Below, piece after piece: positions 33,539 to 46,843 of a DNA stretch of 64,000 nucleotides; the stretch's first letter is position 1, and each line of letters opens with the position of its first letter. The notes beneath the pieces are model-generated. The model ran no database searches and was not told the DNA's origin. It saw only the letters and a list, made by a program, of their open reading frames with translations. The stretch is from Schizochytrium sp. TIO01 (lineage: Eukaryota > Protista > Bigyra: Labyrinthulomycetes): assembly GCA_004764695.1 (NCBI GenBank), contig SMSO01000032.1:8960483-9024482 (forward strand), given 5' to 3'. The position numbers were made by a program, and so were the translations under genes.

Positions 33539-36500
33539 CTTGATAACTTGGTTCTTGTTTTCTTTCTACTACTGTTTGCTAGCTTCGCTTTGCTTTGCTT
33601 TGCTTTGCTTTGCTTTGCTTTGGCTTGTTCGAGTTTTGGTTTTGCTTTTGCTTTTGCTTCGAGTTTTGCTTTTGCTTCGTCGGCCCATGCATTCATCATC
33701 GCACTGCTTCCTCAGCCGGATCAAGCCCTCTCCCCTCCCTCCTAGGACCCTACCTACGTCTCCCTCTACCACCAGGACGACCCGCTTTTGTCCCCTGCCT
33801 TAGCTATCCAAACCACTAGGAGCCCCTAAGGGTACGCCCATAATCTGTCTCTGATGCTCACCCGAGCGAAAAGAAGAGATCTTCATATCTCGGAGTCCTA
33901 TTGGGCGCCTAACCTAAACCGTAGCAGGGGGCACGGGCCTAGTGTCTGAGCGCCGAAGCTGAGGGTTCTACCAAGTTTCGCAGCAAATCTTCGGGAAAGA
34001 AGAACTCGCGTGGGGTTCTCAGAAGAAGAACTCTTGAAGCAAGGGATTAAGGAAGCAAGTCAGTCAGTCAGTCAGTCAGTCAGTCAGTCAGTCAGACCTC
34101 TGCGCAGCGCCGGGAGGGCCTGGCTTGTGCGACAGAACCCGCGCTGGTGATGTCGCTCAAGTTTCTGCTGAGAGCGAGTTTCGCTGGGCTTTTCGTTGAA
34201 AGGTCGGCGCCTAGCGCACATGTCGATCTCGAAGCGAGGTCCTCCTCTGTATGCATGTTTACGAATGTAATGCATGGAGTTGTATGCATGGTTTGCATTG
34301 GTATGGATGTGTATGAATGCGAATGAATTCGTTGTTTGTAAATGTAATATGTATGTGGTGTATATGTATATATATTTGTTTGTAATGCGGAATGCATGTG
34401 TATGTGTGTATGTGTATGTAGGAGGTACCTAGTGGCTGGAAGGTCTGAAAGCGAAGAGAAGAGCAGGAATTGCAGCTCGAGTCAGCTCAGCACCGTGACT
34501 GCAGCGGCCCTCCTGAGCTTCTTTCCTTCAAGTTCGTGCTGCTTGCGTGTGCTCCAGGCTGCTGCGAGCGGCTTGAGCTTGCTCCAAAATGCAAGGCAGG
34601 AGGACTCTCGGCTGCCAAGTCATCCCAGAGAGCTTCTTGAGGGCCCTTGAAGTCCTTCAGACTTTTTGAAGTCCTTTAGACTCTTCGAAGTCCTTTAGAC
34701 TGCTTTGCGGCGGCGAAGCGACTTAGATTCTTGCCCTCGAGCTGCTCGCGAAACAACCCCACAGTGTGGTTGTCTGCCTCACTGAGTACACACGTACACA
34801 CGGCACTAGCTAGCCATAGCTAAAGCTACGGCGCAAAGGTGCCGCTCAAGTTCTTTTGCTTGCAGCACCAGACGATACAAACGAAGCCTGCAGGTGTCAG
34901 TCTAGCTCCAAGCTGAGAGTCTCCAGCTGCAAGCAGCAGGCGCCTGGCTCTTGGCTCTTGGCGGCACTCAGGCGAGAAAGCCGTCGTAAACACTCAGCAG
35001 CTCCAAGCTCAGCGAACCAGCAAAACCTGAAGCTGCTAAGGCAGCCAGATCAGCCGGTAGCACCGCCAAGCAGGAGACACCGCCTAGTAGTAGCCACCTA
35101 CCTACCGCCTAATGCGCCCGGTTCGCACGCGGTTCTTCAGAGAACGCCCGCCTGAACGCTCCCCGCAACTGTGGGCCCACAGCCATGGAGACCCATCAAG
35201 GGGGTCCCCCAGGGCTTCGGCGGGCCTTCCTGAGGAACGAGAACGCTGACGCCGAGGAGGAGGACGTTGAAGCGCAGACCTGAGAGCGAGGCTGCAGCGG
35301 AGACCTGCGGCGAGAGCGCCCAGAGGCAGGCGCAGGGTGGAGAGCGCCTTGGCGGGACAGCGCGCGGGTTCTTGAAGAAAGCGAGGCGAGTCTGACTCCT
35401 CTTCGGGACGAGAAGCTTGGCTGCTTGAGAGCCTGCCCACCCTGCCATGGCTTGCAGGGCTTGCAGGGCTTGCAGGGCTTGCAGGGCTTGGCCTAAATAG
35501 ATAAGATGGTAGGCCTGGAGAGGCTTGTGGAAAAGCTGAGGGTGGCAGCAGGGGCGGATGCGTGGAGCCCTTGGGCGGAGTTGTTGAGTCCTGCTTCTTT
35601 GTGTGCAGCCTCTAGAGGCAGCTAAAGCCGAAGCAGGAGTCAGTGGGTGTTGTTGGTGAAATGCGCAGGTACCTATGAAGCTAGTTCAACTCAGGAGGCT
35701 GCTGTTGAACGCATGCTGGAGGGAGGCCCTTACTCCTCGAGGTGTCGCTGTAGAGTGACTTAGATTTCTTTTGATCCGAGACCGGTAGCAAGTACCAGAA
35801 CTCGTGGGTCTTTGGTGCCAGACAGCGAGCTTTCCGTCGGCAGGTCAGTGTTCACTCGTTTTGGAATCGGGCGCCCAAGCTCGCGTAGCTTCGTTTGTCA
35901 TACGATATAGATCAGCGGCTGACGACGATGCAGTAGCTTAGATCTGCCCACAAAACAAATTGCCGTGACGTCGCATCTGGGTTCCTGTTGCCGAATAAAT
36001 CGCAGCGGTCAGGCCGCTCTCAAAAGTCATCTTTGAAGCAGGTAAGAGGTTCGACGTACCACTGGTTTACATAAATTATGAGAGAACATTAAAAGTGAGT
36101 TTGCGTTCCGACAGCCAGAGCTTCAGATTTTCATCTTCAAGTTGGATGTTTAGATGTAAAAGTAGTTTAAGAATAATCACCATGCTCCAAGGCTGCACCC
36201 AAGGTTCCCGAGCTCGAAACACTGGCAAAAATTGCGTATGCAGGCACGTAGTGGGTTCCTAATATTTTTAAAGGAGCTGAGTCTCAGCCAATTAACCCAG
36301 CGGGATCTCCTTTGTATTGTTGTTTGAATCTCAAGGATTCTAATTCCATCAAAACCTGAGCTTCGAAGGTATCGCTTGTATCAAGCGCACTTTGAAGTTG
36401 TAACTACTGCACCCTGTCTTTTCGGTTAGGAAGTCTGAGCGTCTGCTGTCACGGTACATTAAAGTAATAATCGACATCAATCAAAATCAAAGGAATATTT

Positions 36501-38019
36501 GAGGGTCAGTTATGATTTGAAGAACCTAGGCTCGCTTGCAACTTAGGCGCTATATGTAGAGTGCTACTCTTGCATCTCATTACGCACGAATATGTTTTCG
36601 CTACTATAGTCAACCTGTTTGCTTTCTTCCTTCCTTACTTTCTTGTTGGCTAGCTTGCTTTCTTGCTGGCTAGCTTGCTCATGTCCAGCTGTATGACCCA
36701 TACGATCTTAGTCTCATAAATTCCTCTTCTTCTGAGAGTTTCTTTCTCGTCAAAACTTCTCAGATTCATCTCTTGTTCCTTTGGGTAAATTTTTACTATA
36801 CTAGCTCTGGCTACCATCACACTCAAAGGATGCTTCGCGAGCTTTCTAAGACACAAACCACGTAGGAAGCGAGCACTGCATGAAGCAATTGTCAAAAAGT
36901 CAAGCGAGTCGCAAAGATACTGAACTATAGACACCTATATTAACATCCACTCATCGTTGTTAACACTTTGCTTTTTATAGCAAGCTGACACTGTATATGT
37001 ATCATGGAAAAAAGCTCATGCTAGGTAAGATGTGATGCTCGCACCGTTCAAAGTTCACCGCAGATAGTCTCATCGAGAGACTGGGCGTGTAAACTGACAA
37101 GTATTAGAATCAATAAACCTGATAGATTTTGTCCTAATGATATCAGAAATACTGTGGAGCCGAAGAGTTTGAAACAATCCTACTCGTTTGAAGTGCATAT
37201 GTAAATTTTTATGGAGTGAATCTAAAACACAGCTTGCTATAAGTACTATAAGTAGGTTGTTCGGGCAGTAGTATGAATATCTTTATTTTCTAAAGATGCT
37301 CTGCTTGCCGGTTCGTATTTTCGAATGATTGACCGAGCAACTACCATGTATTGCATGCCTTCGTTACTTCGAGTCTCTCTCAGCTCTTTGAACGTCGAGG
37401 ATATCACGGAAGGCCATATCAAAACATCAGCACTATTCTAAAACTCGGAGAACCGTTCCGTCTAAGCTTCATCCTATACATCATCTCATGATCAACATAG
37501 TGGCATCATGGCAAAGCAGAAGTCCAAGTATTGTTTACGAGTATTGAATGTGGTGCAGCCTATTTCTAAAAAGCAATTACTGATATCTCTGCCTTACAGT
37601 AATTGGACCCACTCTTCAAGTATTCGGCCGACGAGAAGCCTGATGCTACCTCTTAGGTCATGGCCCTCCTGGCCCTTTGCCTCACGTAGTAAACAAGAAG
37701 CAATAATGAAAAAAAAAAGAGAGTGCATACAAGTATTGCTATATAATAGAAGATCGAAAGGTACCAGCCCCTGACAAATTTATCAAGGTCGATAACGACT
37801 TTATTCGATACACATAACGTTCATCTTGTGTTTGTCTGATAACAATTATGTTGATGATAATGGAGATCACAGTCACGACAAAACAGTGTAGACCAACAAT
37901 TGGTTTAAACTCTTAACAAGTGCTGATGAGAAGCTGCCAAAAAGATTGTTAGAATGCATACTAACGTGAGCACGAAAAAAAGAAGAAAAAAGTCTATAGT
38001 CCCTACGCTAAATATTGCC

Positions 38020-38580
38020 TTAATTTGAGGTTATCCGGTTCTCCAGCGCTCCCTTAGGAAGAGTTGATAAGGCTGCTGCACCCATGAAGTCTTCGAAGGC
38101 TTTATTTATAAGAATTCTCGTTGAGGAGTCAGTTCCTTCGCTTAGGTACCATTTCAGCGTGGGGGGTGGTCCAGAAGACGATGGTGATTTGCGAGAAATT
38201 ATACATAAGTGCTTCACGGCCACATTGTCCTTTTTCCATACAGTGTCCATGTCCATGAAGGCAATTCGCTTGAATGGCTCAATTCGGCTTACATCAAAGC
38301 CTTGTGGTTCTGCAAGTTGGGCTAGAGCAGCCTTGTCGACCACTGTATAGACAGCTTGAGATGTAACAACATAAATCTCGGATTGCATTCTCATATTGTC
38401 AAGCTTAGACTTTGGTGATCGCAAAAAACCAAAGCAGCCTCCCCCCTTTTGGTCAAGAGCCTTTATTTTGTGCTCTGCAGGGTTGAAGGCATCAATTACA
38501 GCCTCTCCGTTCGCCGAAAGCGTGCTGCCTAGGATCTCAGAGACCCGAGACATGAGCTCCGGGCTGGCGCAGCGGCTCAT
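38020..38580 (-). CDS. Hypothetical protein (~186 aa), possible PH-like fold
   Basis: Clean ORF of normal composition. IYVVTSQAVYTV resembles a PH-like strand pair, but no family was recognised. Confidence 0.5.
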   Translation of the reverse strand: MSRCASPELMSRVSEILGSTLSANGEAVIDAFNPAEHKIKALDQKGGGCFGFLRSPKSKLDNMRMQSEIYVVTSQAVYTVVDKAALAQLAEPQGFDVSRIEPFKRIAFMDMDTVWKKDNVAVKHLCIISRKSPSSSGPPPTLKWYLSEGTDSSTRILINKAFEDFMGAAALSTLPKGALENRITSN

Positions 38581-41500
38581 ACTTGCTAGGTGGTCCACCA
38601 ACTACCTAGGTACTAGGTCCTGCTTTGTCCCCTTCGAGCGTGCTCACGTGCGATGAATGCCTTAGTCCCTTTGCCAAGAAACGTGCCCGCGCGCCCTTTT
38701 CGTCTTCAAGGTCCGTGTGCTTGTATTTATCATGCGTAGCAACCCAATTCTGACGCCCCGCTGTGCGCACGAGCAAGCTTTGACGAGTTCTATCTCTGTT
38801 CGTCTTCTTAATGGATGTCTCAAGTCACCTCTTGTGTGCATGATGGGATGGTGATCATCGTCATTTTGTCGGTGATCACTCAATCAAAAATGGAGTGTGC
38901 ACCAATTCTTGCATCTACGTACCTACTTATGTATCATTATTACTACTACTTCTATTAGTACTTTTATTACCACTATGTACTGCTAGCGGGTTTGCGAGTA
39001 GAAGGTAGCTACGCAAGACTATAACCTATAACAGCCAGTAATGCTACCAGGACCAGGCCCAATAGCCATATACACTATTCGGTAACTATGTTAGCAATAG
39101 TAATACTGTTATCCCTCTAGTCTTCGACTAAGTATTATTACTTAGGTAGCTGGTATCAGGTAAATGTAAGACGTCCTACTGTTGGCTATCACCAGCGCCA
39201 GCGAGGGGGTCTAGATCTCTCTTTAAGGTCAAAAGTATCCATGCAGCCATGCGACAAGATTTCTAGAACAGCTGGCGCGACATAATATAGCGCGCCACCC
39301 ATAACCACTGCAGAAGTGTTGATTCGAAATACTTGAAAGAACCTTCACTCTGAAGTTCCAACACAACAAATTCTCTGGTGACATAGTGCAATTGAACTAC
39401 ATATTCCATATAGGAAACATACCCAACTCTGCTGGCGTTGAGCTAACATTTCATCTGTGTTCTTTTACATCATACCTTTCCTAGAAATTATTAGTCACTA
39501 ACCGAAGCTCAAAATATAATTTAAGGCCACGCTCGTTAAATCCCCCTTTTGATGACAATCGTGTCCTGAGTACCTTCGTTGCCAAGGTGTCTCAAGATTT
39601 AGAAAACAGTCTTGAAAGTAAAGACGAACCTGACAACATTCAAATAGGTGCCCTCAATGTCTACAGAAAATTAAGTTCTTAACCTCAGCGACAATTCGGC
39701 GAGTTTTATTTTGCGCATAACAGACTTAGGAACATAAAAAGAAGCAAAAGACACGACGACGAGCTAGCAGAGGAAATATAAACTAGAACTGAGAGACATC
39801 CTATTAAGCTTTGAAGACTTCCTTTCGTAGGTAGAAATTCAATGAAAATTTTGCATCATTCAATTGTCCAACGTAAGTCTCATATTTTCATTTCAGAGAT
39901 AAATCATACTTTACAATAGAAGAGACTCAAAAGACATGTAAACTCTCGAATAATACAATTGAATTATGTGCGGGACTGATCATCTCAATGTGTTGGACAC
40001 AAGACCAAAGCCAGACATGGACCTTATTAGCACTTTCTGAATGTTAATTCTAACTAACTAATCTTCTCCTTCATCTCTCTACCTACGCTATCTCTTGGTG
40101 ATCGCCTCACGCTAACTTGCAATCATTACATTTGTGAATGCTATCGACACCCACAAGGATTCAAACAACAAAATCAAAGTTGCTTCAAGTCTTGCAGCTG
40201 ACCTTCACCTAATGATTTTGATATTCTGTACGGCATCTCATCCAAGACTACTTCAACTCTCTATTCGGATTTTATTAAAAAAAACAAAAACAAAAAACTT
40301 CACATAAGAACTACAAGGACCTGCGGAAACTGCTTAGGAATTATGTAAAACCCAGCTAAGCGTTTTAAAGCGGCTGCTATCGATCGTTCTTTGCCACATT
40401 GTAGTCCAATAATAATGATAATAATAATAATAATAATAATAAACAGTTTTCAAAGAAAGAAAGAAGGATCATCAAAGAACAAGTATAATATGAATAGTAT
40501 AGGTGATACTTCTAAGGGGGGGAAGTTACCAGTGAAAAACAAAACACTTTCACTAGTCAGAAGCAACTCTTAGCAATCCTTTAACTTGAGTCAAGAAAAC
40601 AATTTCTCATCAAAAGTATCAGTGGTACCTACTTCTAGGATTTGATTGGCCCGAAATATAAGAACTAGATAGGTAGCACTACTAAGAAAACCTCTGGATA
40701 GAAGCATTACTAGTAAAGCTGCTGTTATTATTGTTGATGTTACTATGATTGGTTTTGGTAGTCAAGCACCTGTACCAAGTAGGCCAACGTTTACTTCCAT
40801 CTCAACATTGTGCCTTGCTTACCCGGTTTTCATGTAGAAAGATGGGACGCCAACGCCAACCAACGTTGGGATATCGCTACTACTGACTGTAGTATTGCTG
40901 CAGACAAGTAGCAGTAGTAGCCTTCTTCGAGTGTCCTTGTTTCGTTTCTCTGAAAAAGTGGGAGAGAGCACCCATAACTGCAGGTAAAAAGTAATAAAAG
41001 TGAGGCGAAAGTGAGTTGAAAGACACCTCTTAAAGTGCGACTCTATTTTTTTTTTTTTTAATTAAAATATTACAAAAGAATCTGAACAAATAATCTAATT
41101 TATTCTATAGTTTGTTTCGTTAGTTTGAAGTTTAATCCTGATCCTGATCCATCACTATACATACATATACATATAGTTGGCCTTATCCTCGATTCCAGGG
41201 GCAGCGTCGATGAAGCAAGCAAGGTTTCGCAAATCAGCGAAGCCTGTACGCGCAGGCGAAGGGAATAGGGACAGGTGCGAGTAAGCCTGGTCCCCACGAG
41301 GGGAAGTAAAGTAGTTCAGGCGCATGCACCGGGACTGGATTTAACTTCTTCGATGGGTCGGATTTTCTGGTTTCGTTCAGAACAAGAGCGCCAGCATAGC
41401 ACGTAACGGTAAAACGAAGGAGCCCCTCCCTAGAATCTAACTCCTGTGTAATTTCGGGGAGGGTCGAAAGTGCGGGGACGCCACTTTTCTTGTGGGTTGT

Positions 41501-42727
41501 GACAACAGCCGAGGGGTCCTCGCAAAAAAAAACGAACCTCCCAGCGCTGCCACCGAATCACTTGAACACGGTAGAGGCCCAAAAGTGCCGGTCTTTCGCC
41601 CTGAACGAACCATAGAGAAAGTGCCGGCACGGGGTAAAGTGGCAGGTTGGGGCCGCTTTGGCTTGGGGAAATGCAAGGTTTCACTAGCTAGGTGAACAGT
41701 AGCCTGTGACTGCGAGTGAGGGCGTTAGAGTGGAGATGCAGAGCAGCATGGTACTGGGCCCAAAGTATCACCGTTGAGCATTCATTGTATCGCGCCAGCC
41801 TGGTCGGGGGAGGGGCTAAAGTTCCTCTCGCTCATTTGTTTTCAGCTGGTAGAGGGGTACGCGCGAAACTGGCAGCTTAAAAATTGGGAAAGATACGCCA
41901 TGAGGAAAACTTGTTTTTGAAGCAGGGCTGACAGCAAAAAAGAGCTTGCAAGTCTCGCTTTATCGGAGCGCTAGAATAACGTAAGTGCCATTGATAAGTT
42001 GGGTGGTTTATTGCAATCTACCCTCAACTGCCGACGTTCGAACAATGATTCTAGTTACATTAAAAGGAGCAAAACACGATACATGGGCTTCATAGAAATA
42101 ATCCAACATCCGCTTTGGTGCCGATCACAAGCACCCCTAATACTATTTTTTGTTCTCAAAAACATGAATGTGCCTGCAACTGAGCAAAATCTTAAAATCT
42201 TTAACACTAGGTATGACTTACACCAGCCCTTTTGTAACGGCAACAGGAAATGCCAAAGCCCAGATGATATAAATCCTCGCACTGGATTACGACTAGCTCT
42301 TTCATCACGCCAAGGACATTGCAATGTGTTTTACCCGAACCTTTGTTTCCGACGGATCTTCCAATACTGACTACTCAGTGTACCCTACGAAATACAGCAG
42401 TACCTTAAGACGGATGTACAGGACCTATGCAAGCCACATTCTTCAGTGCGCATGCACAGCACTTGCTCTTTGTGAGAGCAAGTACAAAAATTACGTTACC
42501 GAATCCTATTCTAATGCATGTTTTTAGTTTTGGGCTCCTTCAGAGTGCAGCCCAACATGTTTATATATTACATCAAACGAAAATTTAAAAGTATATGAAC
42601 CTTTTTTTAGGTCTTTCTTTATGTTTTACTTGATTTTGTCGTAGAAGCAAGGTTGATCATGGTTTGGAAATCAAATGGTATCAGCAAACCCGAAAAGGTA
42701 TCTGATCGATTTAGCCCCACGCGAACC

Positions 42728-45700
42728 ATGAGAACCACTCAAGGATGGCATGTATTTGCCTTCGTTGCTCTTGTGACAATTTGCGCAGTGACAGCTGATC
42801 GAAATGCGGAATTCTCTGCTACAGAACATGTCTCAATGAATGACTCCAAGCATAAACTAGAGAAGTGGCGGAAGCTAGATTCTTATCCCTCTGATTTGTG
42901 CAGCTGTAGCAGTGCTACAATAAAAGTAAGATGCGATGATAATCTTCAGTTTCGGCAGTACGAAATGACAAACGGTGTTTACACCGAAATACCTAGCGAC
43001 CGCAGTGGTACTTGGGATTATCAAGATTGGACGACCACGTATACCAAAACGATCGAACTCTCTGGGCAGACGCATCTGGAGTTTGAATGTCAAGATTCTG
43101 GCGACACAGGAGGATTTGTAGCCGAAATCGAAGCATGTGGTTATACTTACATAACAGATCGAAGTGTTGTTTTTGACAGTAACCCAGATCCATATGGGTG
43201 GTTCATTAACCCTGAAAAGTCTGATAGTAGCTCTACAGCAGGACTTGTCTACACGCAAATGGGAACTGGCGTTTGGGGGACTCGGGGTTCTGGCCTCACA
43301 AACACAGACGCATACTGGGTCTGGAATGGCAAAACCTACAACACAATCACCTTTGGATTCAATCTGGAATGTCCTAACCAGGAATGTACCAGCGCGACTA
43401 TCGAGGCACGCTGTGATGATAACCTGCGCTTTCGGCAGTATGAGCTTTCAAGCGATGGACTGTTCGTAGAGCAGTCGAGTGATCGTACAGGAGAGTGGGA
43501 TAGCACCAGTTGGATTACTACATACGTCAAAACAATCGGCATTACATCAAACACCCATCTTGAGTTCGAGTGCAATGATAATGGATCTGTTGGAGGTTTT
43601 GTTGCTCTTATCAATGCATGTGGCAAACGATATGTTACAAGCCAGGCAACAATCTCGAATGCTAACCCGAATACCCTGGAGTGGTACATTATTCCTTCAC
43701 TCACAGATGAATCCACTAACGCTCTGGTCTACACCCAGAATGGTGAAGGTGAGTGGAGCTTAGCTGATAATGTACTCACAGACTCTGATACATACTGGGT
43801 ATGGAACGGTGAGCTCTTTAACACAATGACGTTTGGTTTCGACTTTGGTCGTGCACGTCAATTTACACCCGCGCCAACATTTTCCCCGACCCCAGAGCCG
43901 ACTCCAAGACCAACACGCTTTCCGACGCGAAGACCAACTCCAGCTCCTACCGTTTGTACCAGTGCGACTATTGAGGCACGCTGCGATGATAACCTGCGCT
44001 TTCGACAATACGAGCTTTCAAGCGACGGCTTGTTCGTAGAGCAACCAAGTAATCGTACAGGAGAGTGGGATAGCACCAGTTGGATTACTACATACGTCAA
44101 AACCATCGACATTACTCCAAACACACATCTTGAGTTCGAGTGCAAAGACAATGGATCTGTTGGAGGTTTTGTTGCCCTAATCAATGCATGTGGTAAACGT
44201 TATGTTACAAGCTCTGCAACAGCGTCGAGTTCTAACCCTAACTCCCTGGAGTGGTACATTATCCCTTCGCTCACAGATGAATCCACTAACGCTCTCGTCT
44301 ACACCCAGAATGGTGAAGGTGAGTGGAGCTTAGCGGACGATGTACTCACAGACTCTGATACATACTGGGTATGGAACGGTGAGCTCTTTAACACAATGAC
44401 GTTTGGTTTCGACTTTGGTCGTACACGTCAGTTTACACCTGCGCCAACGCTTTCCCCGACCCCAGAGCCAACTGTGGCCCCTACCGTTTGCACCAGTGCG
44501 ACTATTGAGGCACGCTGCGATGACGATATGCGCTTTCGGCAGTATGAGCTTTCTGACGATGGCCTGTTTGTAGAACAACCAAGTGACCGTACAGGAGAGT
44601 GGGACGACTCCGACTGGACTACTACATATGTCAAAACAATCGACATTACTCCAAACACACATCTTGAGTTTGAATGCCAAGATAGGGGATCTGTTGGAGG
44701 ATTCATTGCTCTTATCAACGTTTGTGGTAGACGTTATGTTACAAGCTCTGCAACAGTGTCGAGTTCTAACCCGAACTCCCTGGAGTGGTACATTATCCCT
44801 TCACTCACAGATGAATCCACTAACGCTCTCGTCTACACCCAGAATGGTGAAGGTGAGTGGAGCTTAGCGGATGATGTACTCACAGACTCTGATACATACT
44901 GGGTATGGAACGGTGAGCTCTTTAACACAATGACGTTTGGTTTCGACTTTGGTCGTACACGTCAGTTTACACCTGCGCCAACGCTTTCCCCGACCCCAGA
45001 GCCAACTGTGGCCCCTACCGTTTGCACCAGTGCGACTATTGAGGCACGCTGCGATGACGATATGCGCTTTCGGCAGTATGAGCTTTCTGACGATGGCCTG
45101 TTTGTAGAACAACCAAGTGACCGTACAGGAGAGTGGGACGACTCCGACTGGACTACTACATATGTCAAAACAATCGACATTACTCCAAACACACATCTTG
45201 AGTTTGAATGCCAAGATAGGGGATCTGTTGGAGGATTCATTGCTCTTATCAACGTTTGTGGTAGACGTTATGTTACAAGCTCTGCAACAGTGTCGAGTTC
45301 TAACCCGAACTCCCTGGAGTGGTACATTATCCCTTCACTCACAGATGAATCCACTAACGCTCTCGTCTACACCCAGAATGGTGATGGTGAGTGGAGCTTA
45401 GCGGATGATGTACTCACAGACTCTGATACATACTGGGTATGGAACGGTGAGCTCTTTAACACAATGACGTTTGGTTTCGACTTTGGTCGTACACGTCAGT
45501 TTACACCTGCGCCAACACTTTCCCCAACTCCAGAGCCTACCCCAGAGCCTACCCCAGAGCCTACCCCAGAGCCTACTTTAGCACCAACACATGATCCTAC
45601 GAGAGCTCCGACAGACAAACCAACAGATTCTCCTACTCAAGAGCCAACTGCAGCTCCTACATTTTGTACCAGTGCGACTATCGAGGCACGCTGTGATGAC

Positions 45701-46843
45701 GATATGCGTTTTCGACAATACGAGCTTTCTGACGATGGCCTTTTTGTTGAGTTGCCGAGTAACCGTACAGGCGAGTGGGATAGCTCCGAATGGCCGATTG
45801 CCTACGTCAAGACAATTGACCTAACACCAAACACGCATCTTGAGTTTGAATGCCAAGAAGCTCGGGGCTCTGTTGGAGGTTTCATTGCTTTGATCGACGC
45901 ATGTGGCACGCGATATGTTACGAACAACGCAACTGTGTTGGATTCCAACCCAGATTCTCTGCAGTGGTACATTATCCCTTCACTCACAGATGAATCCACT
46001 AACGCTCTCGTCTACACCCAGAATGGTGATGGTGATTGGACCTCAATGGATGATGTACTCACAGACTCTGATGCATACTGGGTATGGAACGGTGAGCTCA
46101 ACAACACGATGACGTTCAGCTTCGACTTTGGTCGTGCACGTCAGTTTACACCTGCGCCAACACCTTTGCCAACTCCAGAGCCTACCCCAGAGCCTACCCC
46201 AGAGCCTACTTTAGCACCAACACATGATCCTACGAGAGCTCCGACAGACAAACCAACAGATTCTCCTACTCAAGAGCCAACTGCAGCTCCTACATTTTGT
46301 ACCAGTGCGACTATCGAGGCACGCTGTGATGACGATATGCGTTTTCGACAATACGAGCTTTCTGACGATGGCCTTTTTGTTGAGTTGCCGAGTAACCGTA
46401 CAGGCGAGTGGGATAGCTCCGAATGGCCGATTGCCTACGTCAAGACAATTGACCTAACACCAAACACGCATCTTGAGTTTGAATGCCAAGAAGCTCGGGG
46501 CTCTGTTGGAGGTTTCATTGCTTTGATCGACGCATGTGGCACGCGATATGTTACGAACAACGCAACTGTGTTGGATTCCAACCCAGATTCTCTGCAGTGG
46601 TACATTATCCCTTCACTCACAGATGAATCCACTAACGCTCTCGTCTACACCCAGAATGGTGATGGTGATTGGACCTCAATGGATGATGTACTCACAGACT
46701 CTGATGCATACTGGGTATGGAACGGTGAGCTCAACAACACGATGACGTTTGGTTTCGACTTTGGTCGTGCACGTCAATTTACATCTGGGCCAACGACATC
46801 CCCTACTGTCATGCGCCGCGCGCTGCGGAGTGTACAGGTTTAA
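42728..46843 (+). CDS. Secreted protein with 7 tandem ~155-aa Trp/Cys-rich modules and PT-rich linkers (putative lectin-like)
   Basis: Signal-like N-terminus from ATG 42728 (WHVFAFVALVTICAVTA). Modules CTSATIEARCDD...GGF.A...YWVWNG...FGF start at 42905, 43385, 43955, 44489, 45023, 45665 and 46298. (PTPE)n linkers. Confidence 0.85.
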   Translation: MRTTQGWHVFAFVALVTICAVTADRNAEFSATEHVSMNDSKHKLEKWRKLDSYPSDLCSCSSATIKVRCDDNLQFRQYEMTNGVYTEIPSDRSGTWDYQDWTTTYTKTIELSGQTHLEFECQDSGDTGGFVAEIEACGYTYITDRSVVFDSNPDPYGWFINPEKSDSSSTAGLVYTQMGTGVWGTRGSGLTNTDAYWVWNGKTYNTITFGFNLECPNQECTSATIEARCDDNLRFRQYELSSDGLFVEQSSDRTGEWDSTSWITTYVKTIGITSNTHLEFECNDNGSVGGFVALINACGKRYVTSQATISNANPNTLEWYIIPSLTDESTNALVYTQNGEGEWSLADNVLTDSDTYWVWNGELFNTMTFGFDFGRARQFTPAPTFSPTPEPTPRPTRFPTRRPTPAPTVCTSATIEARCDDNLRFRQYELSSDGLFVEQPSNRTGEWDSTSWITTYVKTIDITPNTHLEFECKDNGSVGGFVALINACGKRYVTSSATASSSNPNSLEWYIIPSLTDESTNALVYTQNGEGEWSLADDVLTDSDTYWVWNGELFNTMTFGFDFGRTRQFTPAPTLSPTPEPTVAPTVCTSATIEARCDDDMRFRQYELSDDGLFVEQPSDRTGEWDDSDWTTTYVKTIDITPNTHLEFECQDRGSVGGFIALINVCGRRYVTSSATVSSSNPNSLEWYIIPSLTDESTNALVYTQNGEGEWSLADDVLTDSDTYWVWNGELFNTMTFGFDFGRTRQFTPAPTLSPTPEPTVAPTVCTSATIEARCDDDMRFRQYELSDDGLFVEQPSDRTGEWDDSDWTTTYVKTIDITPNTHLEFECQDRGSVGGFIALINVCGRRYVTSSATVSSSNPNSLEWYIIPSLTDESTNALVYTQNGDGEWSLADDVLTDSDTYWVWNGELFNTMTFGFDFGRTRQFTPAPTLSPTPEPTPEPTPEPTPEPTLAPTHDPTRAPTDKPTDSPTQEPTAAPTFCTSATIEARCDDDMRFRQYELSDDGLFVELPSNRTGEWDSSEWPIAYVKTIDLTPNTHLEFECQEARGSVGGFIALIDACGTRYVTNNATVLDSNPDSLQWYIIPSLTDESTNALVYTQNGDGDWTSMDDVLTDSDAYWVWNGELNNTMTFSFDFGRARQFTPAPTPLPTPEPTPEPTPEPTLAPTHDPTRAPTDKPTDSPTQEPTAAPTFCTSATIEARCDDDMRFRQYELSDDGLFVELPSNRTGEWDSSEWPIAYVKTIDLTPNTHLEFECQEARGSVGGFIALIDACGTRYVTNNATVLDSNPDSLQWYIIPSLTDESTNALVYTQNGDGDWTSMDDVLTDSDAYWVWNGELNNTMTFGFDFGRARQFTSGPTTSPTVMRRALRSVQV

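Noticed and set aside
32611-33745. Three long overlapping ORFs around the LEA gene
   Set aside because: Alternative-frame and antisense readings of a low-complexity biased gene.
34068-35490. (AGTC)n, a ~19-bp triple repeat at ~34650-34700 and (GGCTTGCAG)4
   Set aside because: Ordinary micro- and minisatellites.
41250-41700. GC-rich patch with EKWRP..D, vaguely RT-like
   Set aside because: A single weak motif with no supporting context.
41999-42527. SRQGH...SHILQC resembling a LINE C-terminal zinc knuckle
   Set aside because: The motifs are incomplete and in different frames.
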